Positions 8,171 through 15,682 of a DNA stretch of 22,173 nt are shown in pieces. The stretch spans positions 1-22,173 of the forward strand of contig CAZQEL010000003.1 in assembly GCA_964591795.1 (NCBI GenBank), given 5' to 3'. The notes beneath the pieces were generated by a model. It searched no databases, was not told the origin of the DNA, and saw nothing but the letters and a program-made list of their open reading frames with translations. Source of the DNA: an uncultured archaeon (GTDB taxonomy: Archaea > Iainarchaeota > Iainarchaeia > Iainarchaeales > CSSED10-239). How positions within the stretch are numbered: position 1 is the first letter of the stretch; each line of letters starts with the position of its first letter. A program made the position numbers and the translations under genes.

Positions 8171-8950
8171 TTAATTATAATCTTTTTCTACTAAATAATT
8201 ATCAAAAGCATATAATTTATTTGTTTTTTTATTCATAAAAATATTATACATATTAATATCTTCAATATCTATATTATTTTCTCTAAGTTTAGATCTAGCA
8301 CTAATTTCAAATTCGTTAAGAAAAGATAGCAATCTATTATTATTACTAGATTCTATGAATTCATTAACTAGAATAAATCTTTTTGGGTCCATATGCTCAT
8401 ATGCAATAAAAGATTTCCCTGATTCTTTATTTAAAAATGCAAAATATGGTTTTACTATATTTACTCCTAACCCTTCTAAAATATAAAGAGCTTTTACTTC
8501 ATTGTATGCATGTCTATTATATTCTTTAAAAACATGTGGAGATCCTTGTTTAAGAAATATTTTTTTAGAGCCATATTTTGTTTTAATATTCATAATAAAC
8601 ATTTGTAAAGAACTATTTGAATGTTTAGGAAGTGATTCTTTAATTACAGAAAATTCATATTTATTTTTAAATTTATTTATTCCAGATTTATTAATTAATT
8701 CACTTTCAGATTTAGAAAAAGAATCTATTATTTTTAAAAAATTAGGTAATTCCATCAGAATTTTTTTTGATTCAGCAGTATAAAACAAACCTTTTTTAAG
8801 AATTTTATTAAAATAAGTTATTTTCTTATTTATTTTAATATCATACTTTTGTCTTCTGACTGATTTTCTAACTTCATTAAAAATGGGTTTTTCTATTTGA
8901 TTTTTTATTTTTTTAATATCAAAATTTCCTTTTTTTAAAATTACAGCCAT
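8171..8950 (-). CDS. Hypothetical protein with a protein-kinase-like (RIO/Kdo-kinase-like) motif pattern
   Basis: 259-aa ORF in a genome where random frames close quickly. Motifs appear in kinase order. KIFLKQ is a candidate ATP lysine. NEVKALYILEGLGVNIVKPYF resembles the RIO-type E...L...G..VP.P block. IAYEHMD is hinge-like. DIEDINMYNIFMNKKTNKLYAFD matches hGDLsEyNIL....iyiID (catalytic D, N and metal D). TTGATTAATT precedes the ATG. Confidence 0.45.
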   Translation of the reverse strand: MAVILKKGNFDIKKIKNQIEKPIFNEVRKSVRRQKYDIKINKKITYFNKILKKGLFYTAESKKILMELPNFLKIIDSFSKSESELINKSGINKFKNKYEFSVIKESLPKHSNSSLQMFIMNIKTKYGSKKIFLKQGSPHVFKEYNRHAYNEVKALYILEGLGVNIVKPYFAFLNKESGKSFIAYEHMDPKRFILVNEFIESSNNNRLLSFLNEFEISARSKLRENNIDIEDINMYNIFMNKKTNKLYAFDNYLVEKDYN

Positions 8951-9143
8951 AATTAATCAATAAAATCCACAATATTTTCAAGAAGTTCAATCTATTAAGA
9001 TAAATTATTTAATTTTGCTCTTTCAATAATTCTAATATTTTTCCCTAGAAGAACATCATCTAACTTATCAAAGATTACAAATTTGTTATTTTCTATTAAC
9101 TTCTTTTTTAAATCTTCTGATTTTAATTCAAATATTTTATATA

Positions 9144-9483
9144 TATAATATGTAGTTACTATAAATATATAAATCTTTGTTAAAACTACTAAAATTAGAA
9201 ATTAAATTAACTTAATAAAAATTTCTGAAAAAAAATCATCTTGCCAAACATTTATTTTTTGATCCTGTGATAAAAATAGAAGTGGTATAAACAAATTGTT
9301 TACAACATCAAAATTAGTGAAATCTTTAGAAAATAAATTTTTAAAGGTCAAACAACCATCGTTGTCAGCACTTTCTTTGATTGAAGAATACAAAGTGTTT
9401 ATTCTAACATTGATATTTTCATTAATTCTTGGAACAACAAAATCAGTTTCAGTTTTTTCCTTTATCATTCTTTCAAGATTTTT
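9144..9483. repeat. Direct repeat copy 2 (authentic scpA 3' end plus 58 nt downstream)
   Basis: See copy 1. Positions 9202-9483 are the last 94 codons of the intact scpA. Positions 9144-9201 are the intergenic tail. Confidence 0.9.
9159..9173 (-). promoter_or_regulatory. Duplicate of the TATA-like element, here upstream of the kinase-like gene region
   Basis: Identical TTTATATATTTATAG on the minus strand. It lies about 210 nt upstream of the ATG at 8950. Confidence 0.2.
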
Positions 9484-9867
9484 TTTAGTAGGTTTATGCA
9501 TGATAAAATCAATTGCTTCAATTAATTCATCAAGTGAAACTTGACCTTCTTTATTTCTTATAGGATTATTTAAATTTAATGTGTTTAGTAAAATATCTTC
9601 ATCTTTTGGGAAAATAAGTTCGTCTTCTGGTTCTATACTTGTAAGTTTAAGAGTGTAAGCTTTTATTTTTAAAAGAATACTAGCAGCTAAAAGAGCATTT
9701 GCTGGAACTAAAAGATTAGCATCTTTAAGTGCAATTATTTTTTTAAGATAGAGATCAGTTAATGAAACTATATTAATATTCCAAATATCAAATTCATTTG
9801 ATTTAACAAGATCAAATAACAATAATTTCCAGTTTGGTTGATCAATAATAGTAATTAGTCTATCCAT
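9202..9867 (-). CDS. scpA: Segregation and condensation protein A (ScpA, kleisin)
   Basis: 221-aa ORF. The N-terminal NWKLLLFDLVKSNEFDIWNINIVSLTDLYLKKI matches the ScpA pLdLLl.Li.k.eiDI.di.i..it.qYl block. The size is typical. GGTGG lies 10 nt upstream of the ATG. Confidence 0.85.
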   Translation of the reverse strand: MDRLITIIDQPNWKLLLFDLVKSNEFDIWNINIVSLTDLYLKKIIALKDANLLVPANALLAASILLKIKAYTLKLTSIEPEDELIFPKDEDILLNTLNLNNPIRNKEGQVSLDELIEAIDFIMHKPTKKNLERMIKEKTETDFVVPRINENINVRINTLYSSIKESADNDGCLTFKNLFSKDFTNFDVVNNLFIPLLFLSQDQKINVWQDDFFSEIFIKLI

Positions 9868-9882
9868 AATTAATTAACCACC

Positions 9883-9950
9883 AAAAAAGAATAAAAAGTA
9901 GAAGGTTTTAGATATCTAAAACCTTAGCATTGAAGTTTTGCGCTTCAATG
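9883..9950 (-). terminator. Double hairpin followed by oligo-U tracts at the end of the 227-aa gene
   Basis: A perfect 24-nt palindrome AAGGTTTTAGAT/ATCTAAAACCTT (9902-9925) spans the stop codon. An adjacent hairpin CATTGAAG-7 nt-CTTCAATG lies at 9928-9950. On the minus strand these are followed by TTTTT and TTTTTT runs (9893-9897 and 9883-9888), just before the scpA SD. Confidence 0.5.
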
Positions 9951-10591
9951 TCACATAATTTAATTTTTTTACTTTGTCCTTCAATATATAAAACAGTATC
10001 TTTTTCAAAATAGATTGTAATAACATCAGTTATTAATCTAAATTTAACAGTTTTAGATTTTAATATTTCATCAAAAATTAAACCTAAATTTTCTGAAGGA
10101 ACAATTATATCTATACCTTGCTTTTTACCTTTAACTTTATTTGCAACTTCAACAATATCAACTGTACCCACCACATTAAACTTTAATATAAATTCCTTAA
10201 CATCAAAAGAATTAAATAATTTTTCAATATATCCCTTTGCGTTAATTGTATCTGAAAAAGTATATGTTCTGTAAGATCTATATCTTTCTAAAAAAGAATT
10301 AGCGTCTTCCATTTCTTTTTGTAAATCATTTACTTCTTCTTTTATTTCAGAAACAGTTAAATTCATTTTTTTAAATAAAGAAATTAATTTTCTTTTTTTG
10401 ATCTCTTCTTCAATATCTTTTTCAACATATGTATTTTTTTTAGCAATTTCTGCAATTTCTCTATAATCTATAATCAAATTATTTAAAATATCATGTAATG
10501 GACCATAAAGTTCAATAACTTTATTTGTCCTATAAAGACTCTTATTTAAAGATTCAAAAGATTTTTTTAGTTTATTATTTATATCAGTCAT
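9908..10591 (-). CDS. Hypothetical protein with an N-terminal coiled coil and a beta-rich C-terminal domain
   Basis: 227-aa ORF with GAGGG 5 nt upstream of the ATG. The N-terminal half has a heptad-like charged pattern. I recognise no family. Confidence 0.6.
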   Translation of the reverse strand: MTDINNKLKKSFESLNKSLYRTNKVIELYGPLHDILNNLIIDYREIAEIAKKNTYVEKDIEEEIKKRKLISLFKKMNLTVSEIKEEVNDLQKEMEDANSFLERYRSYRTYTFSDTINAKGYIEKLFNSFDVKEFILKFNVVGTVDIVEVANKVKGKKQGIDIIVPSENLGLIFDEILKSKTVKFRLITDVITIYFEKDTVLYIEGQSKKIKLCDIEAQNFNAKVLDI

Positions 10592-10674
10592 AAAAACCCT
10601 CTAGTTTAATTTTATTAAAAACCCCTAATAATATGATTAATCATATATTTAATAAAGGTATCTTTTATGTATAC

Positions 10675-11586
10675 TTACTTACTTCCTTTTATATCTTTAA
10701 AAGCTTGATATGCTGCAACTGCACCTTGAGATGTTGATGTAACTATTTGCTTAAGTTCAGTTTGATTAGTACAATCACCTGCTGCAAAAGCACCAGGAAT
10801 ATTTGTTCTTTGTTCTTTATCAACAATAATTTCTCCAAACTCATTAAAATTAACCTTTAATTTTTTTAAAAGATCTGTATTTGGAACATGTCCAATTTCA
10901 ACAAATACTCCATCTAAAATCACTTCCTTATTATCTTTAAGAATAATTTTTTCTAATTTTTCAGAACCAACAAGTTCCTTAAGTTCAGCATTATAAATTA
11001 TTTCAATATTTTTCTGTTTATAAAGTGAATCAAGCCACATTGGTTCAGCTCTTAAAGAAGCCCCTCTATATATTAAATAAATCTTTGATGCAATTTCAGA
11101 AAGTAAAAGAGCAGCAGTAACAGCAGCATCAGAACCACCAATAACAGCAACTATTTTATCTTTATAAAACATACCATCACAAGTAGCACAATAATGTACA
11201 CCCTTACCTAAAAATATTTTTTCATTTTCAATATTTAAAGTTCTTTTTTTTTTACCTATCGCAAGAACAACTTTTTTTGTTTTAATAGCTTCTTGATCTG
11301 TATTTACAATAAAATAATTTTTTTCTTTTTTAATATCCATTACTTTTTCATATTTTATAGGAATATTTAAGTAATTTATTTGCTCTGTCATTTTAGACAT
11401 AAGATCCATACCTGAAATTTCCATAAAACCAGGGTAATTACAAATCATATGAGCTGAAGCTGTAGTTCCTCCAAAAGAATCAGTAAAAATTATAGTTGAC
11501 ATTTTATATCTTCCAGCATAAAGTGCAGCTGACATAGCGGCTACTCCGCCACCAATAATTGTTAAATCATACATATTTTCAGTCAT
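10675..11586 (-). CDS. trxB: Thioredoxin-disulfide reductase (low-Mr TrxR family)
   Basis: 303-aa ORF. It has the FAD motif DLTIIGGGVAAMSAALYAGR, the redox-active CATC in HYCATCDG, a second dinucleotide motif VAVIGGSDAAV, and C-terminal GAFAAGD. Confidence 0.9.
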   Translation of the reverse strand: MTENMYDLTIIGGGVAAMSAALYAGRYKMSTIIFTDSFGGTTASAHMICNYPGFMEISGMDLMSKMTEQINYLNIPIKYEKVMDIKKEKNYFIVNTDQEAIKTKKVVLAIGKKKRTLNIENEKIFLGKGVHYCATCDGMFYKDKIVAVIGGSDAAVTAALLLSEIASKIYLIYRGASLRAEPMWLDSLYKQKNIEIIYNAELKELVGSEKLEKIILKDNKEVILDGVFVEIGHVPNTDLLKKLKVNFNEFGEIIVDKEQRTNIPGAFAAGDCTNQTELKQIVTSTSQGAVAAYQAFKDIKGSK

Positions 11587-11717
11587 AATTAATCACATTT
11601 AAAATTAAAAAAAACATTTGCATATGTGTGCAAATAGTTATATATATTATTAATACAAAATATATTTAAATAGAATTAAAAGAAAAAGAAAAAAAGATTT
11701 TTATTATAAAAAAATCT

Positions 11718-12620
11718 CTAACTTTCTATATTAAGCTTTAATTTTGCTTTAAGCTCTCTATATCTGTTTCTGATAGTAACTTCTGTTACACCAGCAACAT
11801 TTGCAACTTCTTTTTGTGTTCTTCTTTCACCTGTCATTAATGCAGCAATATAAACTGCAGCTGCAGCAACACCAGTTGGTCCACGTCCAGAAATTAAACC
11901 TGATGCAATTGCTTTTTTAACAATAACTTTAGCTTTACTTTCAACTTCAGCTGATAATGTTAAAACAGAAACAAATCTAGATATATAATAACTAGGATCT
12001 GTTAAAGGAACAGCAATATCAAGTTCTTTTACAATAAATCTATAAGTTCTTCCAATTTCTTTTTTAGTTAAACCTGATGCTTCAGCCATTTCATTTAATG
12101 TTCTAGGAACATTATATGTTCTACAAACAGAATATAATACAGCTGATACAACAGCTTCAATTAATCTTCCTCTAATAAGCCCTTTTTCAACAGTTTTTCT
12201 ATATAATAAAGCTGCTGTTTCAACTAAAGGAGTTGGAATATTTAAATATGATGAAATTCTTTTAAGTTCTGCTAAAGCAATAGATAAATTTCTTTGAACA
12301 GAGTTTGATATAGAAGATCTTTTATGCCATTTAATTAATCTATACATTTGAGCTCTTGATTTAGTAGAAAGTTTATTACCTCTTAAGTCTCTACCTGATC
12401 TTTCAATCATTGTTTCAAGACCTTTATTTATTTTTGTATATTTCATTGGTGACCCTGTACCAACATTATCTTGTTTTTCAGAATTATCAAAAGTTCTCCA
12501 GTCTTTACCTGTATCGATTACTTCATTAGAAAGAACAGTATGACACTTACTACATATATATTCTCCAGATTTTGCATCTCTATAAACTTTTGTATTTCCA
12601 CATTCAGGACATTTTACCAT
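11718..12620 (-). CDS. tfb: Transcription initiation factor IIB (TFB)
   Basis: 300-aa ORF. It has an N-terminal zinc ribbon, CPECGN...CSKCHTV, and two cyclin-like repeats (...RGRLIEAVVSAVLYSVCR..., ...GRGPTGVAAAAVYIAA...). GAGGTG lies 8 nt upstream of the ATG. Confidence 0.92.
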   Translation of the reverse strand: MVKCPECGNTKVYRDAKSGEYICSKCHTVLSNEVIDTGKDWRTFDNSEKQDNVGTGSPMKYTKINKGLETMIERSGRDLRGNKLSTKSRAQMYRLIKWHKRSSISNSVQRNLSIALAELKRISSYLNIPTPLVETAALLYRKTVEKGLIRGRLIEAVVSAVLYSVCRTYNVPRTLNEMAEASGLTKKEIGRTYRFIVKELDIAVPLTDPSYYISRFVSVLTLSAEVESKAKVIVKKAIASGLISGRGPTGVAAAAVYIAALMTGERRTQKEVANVAGVTEVTIRNRYRELKAKLKLNIES

Positions 12621-12802
12621 TTTTTAACACCTCTATAGAATTTGTTTTTTTACAAAAATATTATTTGTCATATATTTTTTTAAAATCTCACAAAATTAGT
12701 TTAATAATTATTATATTTAATAAAGCTTTCTTAAAAATAAGCAAACCTATATAAACAACATAGTTTTCATAGTATAAAAAGGTTTTGTAGAATTATGTAT
12801 AG

Positions 12803-14233
12803 TTAGTTGTCAAATTTATACTTTATGGTACTTGATGTAAATGAAGGCCTGAAAAGAATCCTTATTGGATCTCTATTTGGATAATAGATTACTGCATCAT
12901 TATCTTTTATAGCAGCAATTTTTAATAAAGCTACATTTTCATCCCTAAAATCAGTTTTATACTTACTTGTAAATAAAGATGAAAGCACAGTATTATCTCT
13001 AATAATTTGAAGAATACTGTTTCCAAGATAAATATTATTAAAAACAAGACTTTGTTCAGGAAATACCAAAAGAACATCCTCTTTAACTGATAAGGAAATT
13101 TCTTCAACAATAGTTTTAATAAAATAAGGATAAATTGGATCTTTTTCATCAATAGAAATTATTTTTGCAGAACCAATATTTTTATATCTTTGTTTGAATA
13201 ATAATGAAACATCTGTTTTTCCAAAAAATTTATTATAAATTTTATTTAAAATGGTTAATTTTAAAATAACCCTTTGTTTTTCAAAATCATTAATTTCAGG
13301 ATTTATTGGAATTAATTTAATTCTTTCAATTAAATCATCTATTGTTATTACTTTATCATCATAAACAGCATGTAAAATATCTAAAGACACATCCTTAAAA
13401 GAAAAAATATTTACAAAAGCATCAAATGGTATTTTAAAAAGAGGTATTTTTATATCTAAATAATTAATTTTTTTAACAGGAAAACCAAATGGATCCATAT
13501 CAAGATTAAAATGAGTAAAAATATCTGAATTTTGTTGAGGGTAACCTAAACTTACATAACTATTAATACTATCAAAAACAACAACCATTTTTGAAGATAA
13601 TAAATAATTTTCACAAATAACTTTTGATATAAATAATCTTTGGTCTAAATTTGGTCCATAAACAAGAACTGATTTTAAATTAGAAAGAGAAGTTGTTACT
13701 GAAATATCTTTTTTCTTACCTAAAATTAATTTATCTAACGGACTACTAGATTTAAAATCTAAAGCCAAAGGCATATTTGATAATGATTTTAAAACTTCTG
13801 GATCTGAAAAAAAATAATTATTACTTTTTTCATCAGCCATTTTTAAAGAAATTAGTTTAATATTATATGATTTTATTACTGAAATTACAGAGCCTACCAT
13901 TTTATTTAATTCTAATATTTTTTTATCAACATGATATGACAAAGTATTAACATCAATATATTCTGTTTCAGTATGAAGTAGAAGATATTTAAAATTATTT
14001 TCAGTACCAATATCAACATGCTTATGATAAACAATTGCTGGATAAGGCAAAGTTTCTGCAAAAGTTTCAATATCACCTTTTACTACAAAAACTTTGTAAA
14101 CTTGGATAAGTGCATTAGTTTTATCTCTTAGTCTTAAAAAAGAAACAAAAATATCATCCTTATAAAGTATATTTAGTTCTTGATTACCATATTTGCCATC
14201 ATACAATGTGTTCCAAGTATTTAATGAAATCAT
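12803..14233 (-). CDS. Hypothetical protein, HerA/DUF87-like layout with degenerate Walker A and B motifs
   Basis: 476-aa ORF. LILGKKKDISVTTSLSNLKSVLVYGPNLDQRLFISKVICENYLLSSKMVVVFDSINSY follows the HerA pattern ilGk...v.l.l..L..H.li.G.tGSGKS.....li..l...vvvfD..gEY, but with GPNLDQR in place of G.GSGKS. LLVFPEQS sits where hhhhDEAH is expected. Confidence 0.45.
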   Translation of the reverse strand: MISLNTWNTLYDGKYGNQELNILYKDDIFVSFLRLRDKTNALIQVYKVFVVKGDIETFAETLPYPAIVYHKHVDIGTENNFKYLLLHTETEYIDVNTLSYHVDKKILELNKMVGSVISVIKSYNIKLISLKMADEKSNNYFFSDPEVLKSLSNMPLALDFKSSSPLDKLILGKKKDISVTTSLSNLKSVLVYGPNLDQRLFISKVICENYLLSSKMVVVFDSINSYVSLGYPQQNSDIFTHFNLDMDPFGFPVKKINYLDIKIPLFKIPFDAFVNIFSFKDVSLDILHAVYDDKVITIDDLIERIKLIPINPEINDFEKQRVILKLTILNKIYNKFFGKTDVSLLFKQRYKNIGSAKIISIDEKDPIYPYFIKTIVEEISLSVKEDVLLVFPEQSLVFNNIYLGNSILQIIRDNTVLSSLFTSKYKTDFRDENVALLKIAAIKDNDAVIYYPNRDPIRILFRPSFTSSTIKYKFDN

Positions 14234-14340
14234 AACTAAGTCTCTTTATAATAAATATTATATTTAATATTTAAAACAAAACATTTTTAATAACTTACAT
14301 TTAAAATAATAAATAGTAAAAATAAGGTGTTTGAAAATAT

Positions 14341-14937
14341 ATGGTTGATAAAAAATTAATTCAAGAAACAATTTCAGAACTAATTGATGCAAATGTAGAT
14401 AAAGATACAATTTATTCAACATTAAAAGAAATTGGTGTAGATGAAGAAGAAGTAGAAAAAAACTACAAAGAAGCACTAACCAATAGAGAATTAAAAACTC
14501 AAGAAGATTCAAAGCAAACAATAGCTAAAGAAAAACAAGAAAATGAAACTAAAAAAAATGCAAATACTAAAGAAAACACCAAAAAAGAAAATAAAAACGA
14601 AGAAGACACTGAAACTAACAAAGAAGATGATGAAGATATTTTTTCAACAAAAGAAGTAGTTTCTAAAAAAACAACTAAAACTGATTTTGTAGATAAAAAT
14701 AAAAATGAAAATGAAGATAGTCTTGAATCTGAACTTAAAGAAACTACTAAAAATGTTGATGAATTAAATAACAAGAATATTTTTAAAGAAACAACAAAAA
14801 CAAATACATCCTCAAACACAAAACAACTTGATTATATGCAAAATCAAATAACTGAAATTAAAGCAGAAATTAAAGGTCTTACAAAAATAATGAAAGACAT
14901 TTTAGATGAAAATAGAAAAATATTAGGTAAAATATAA
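14341..14937 (+). CDS. Hypothetical acidic, low-complexity (K/E/N/T-rich) protein with short structured termini
   Basis: 198-aa ORF with AGGTG 13 nt upstream of the ATG. A compact N-terminal helical segment (LIQETISELIDANVDKDTIYSTLKEIGVDEEEVEKNYKEAL) is followed by about 110 aa that are likely disordered. A C-terminal amphipathic helix ends the protein (ITEIKAEIKGLTKIMKDILDENRKILGKI). Confidence 0.6.
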   Translation: MVDKKLIQETISELIDANVDKDTIYSTLKEIGVDEEEVEKNYKEALTNRELKTQEDSKQTIAKEKQENETKKNANTKENTKKENKNEEDTETNKEDDEDIFSTKEVVSKKTTKTDFVDKNKNENEDSLESELKETTKNVDELNNKNIFKETTKTNTSSNTKQLDYMQNQITEIKAEIKGLTKIMKDILDENRKILGKI

Positions 14938-14938
14938 T

Positions 14939-15403
14939 TTATTTTAATAAAAAACCATATTCTTTATTTGTTATATGATCCAAAATATCAAATAACAAAT
15001 TTTCTCTTTCTAAAAAAGATAAATCTCCAAAAAAATATTTAAGCATATCTTCTATTTGATCCATAGAAAAATCAGAAAAAATATATGCAAACATACCCCT
15101 TAAGTTATTTTGTGTAAACAACTTTGAATTTTTTTCAAAGTATTTTTTAGAGGTAGTTCTGGATGTTAATTTTGTATTTTTAGTTTTAAATAATAAAACA
15201 TCTTTTACAAAATTCTTTCCTCTATTAAATAATGAAATATTATCCTTTGCTTTCATAGAATTACTCTTCCCACCCATAGATCCTTTTGGTTTTAATAAAA
15301 AAGATTTAACTTCTTTTTTAACTTTTTTAACAGATGAAACAATTATTTTATGCAAAAAAATATCAACTCGCATTTCCAAATAATTTACTAAAGTCCATAT
15401 CAT
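14939..15403 (-). CDS. Hypothetical protein (start uncertain)
   Basis: 154-aa ORF. The ATG at 15403 overlaps the upstream gene by 41 nt. The alternative ATG at 15373 (MRVDIF...) overlaps by 11 nt. It has a basic middle part and a conserved-looking C-terminal FSMDQIEDMLKYFFGDLSFLERENLLFDILDHI. I recognise no family. Confidence 0.5.
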   Translation of the reverse strand: MIWTLVNYLEMRVDIFLHKIIVSSVKKVKKEVKSFLLKPKGSMGGKSNSMKAKDNISLFNRGKNFVKDVLLFKTKNTKLTSRTTSKKYFEKNSKLFTQNNLRGMFAYIFSDFSMDQIEDMLKYFFGDLSFLERENLLFDILDHITNKEYGFLLK

Positions 15404-15668
15404 CAGACTCAGTTTTCTTTTCTCTTGAAAAATAATTTGTTAAAAGTACAACAAATAAAAGAACTATTGAAGAATAAATTAAAAATGGAGAAACTCCTAC
15501 AAAAAGGGTGAAAATTACAAAGTAACCTAAAAAAACAAGAAGATTCCACCAACTTTTATCAAATAAAAAATAAATACCTAAAATAAATGGTATAGAAACT
15601 AAAAAATCATATTGAATACACAATACTACAATAACAAGTAAAAAAATTCTAGTTAATATCTTTTCCAA
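15363..15668 (-). CDS. Small membrane protein (about 3 TM), apparent TTG start
   Basis: 101-aa ORF. The codon at 15666-15668 is TTG, with GTGAAAT 8 nt upstream. There are three hydrophobic stretches and an acidic C-terminal tail. Confidence 0.5.
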   Translation of the reverse strand: MEKILTRIFLLVIVVLCIQYDFLVSIPFILGIYFLFDKSWWNLLVFLGYFVIFTLFVGVSPFLIYSSIVLLFVVLLTNYFSREKKTESDDMDFSKLFGNAS

Positions 15669-15682
15669 TCTAATTTCACATT

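Noticed and set aside
7963-8238. A 91-aa plus-strand ORF (MFTTSKLVKFLKNKFLK...) is clearly similar to the 82-aa ORF at 9296..9544. The pair looks like conserved paralogous small proteins.
   Set aside because: Both are antisense shadows of the scpA 3' end and its duplicated relic. Their similarity is simply the 340-bp direct repeat read on the other strand, and the scpA frame gives a family-typical protein.
8995-9141. An open minus-strand frame of about 49 codons (…IFELKSEDLKKKLIENNKFVIFDKLDDVLLGKNIRIIERAKLNNLS-stop) lies between repeat copy 2 and the kinase-like gene.
   Set aside because: It has no ATG, GTG or TTG start in frame before the upstream stop, no SD and no recognisable family. It may be the 3' remnant of a gene lost in the rearrangement, but it is not callable as a CDS.
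7019-9201. The repeat-flanked region might be a bona fide mobile element (IS, MITE or integrated plasmid/virus).
   Set aside because: There is no transposase, integrase or replication gene, and I saw no terminal inverted repeats. The flanking repeats are a host gene fragment rather than att-like or TIR sequences. I report it as a recombination footprint, not as a mobile element.
9296-9544. An 82-aa plus-strand ORF lies inside scpA.
   Set aside because: It is entirely antisense to a well-supported ScpA coding sequence. Its composition is Leu/Ile/Phe/Ser-rich, as expected for the complement of a Lys/Glu/Asn-rich frame.
14264-14819. Two minus-strand ORFs (85 aa at 14264..14521 and 106 aa at 14499..14819) are rich in Leu/Phe/Ser.
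   Set aside because: They are antisense to the 198-aa K/E/N/T-rich gene, whose low-complexity AAA/GAA codons automatically produce open TTT/TTC frames on the opposite strand. They have no SD and no plausible fold.
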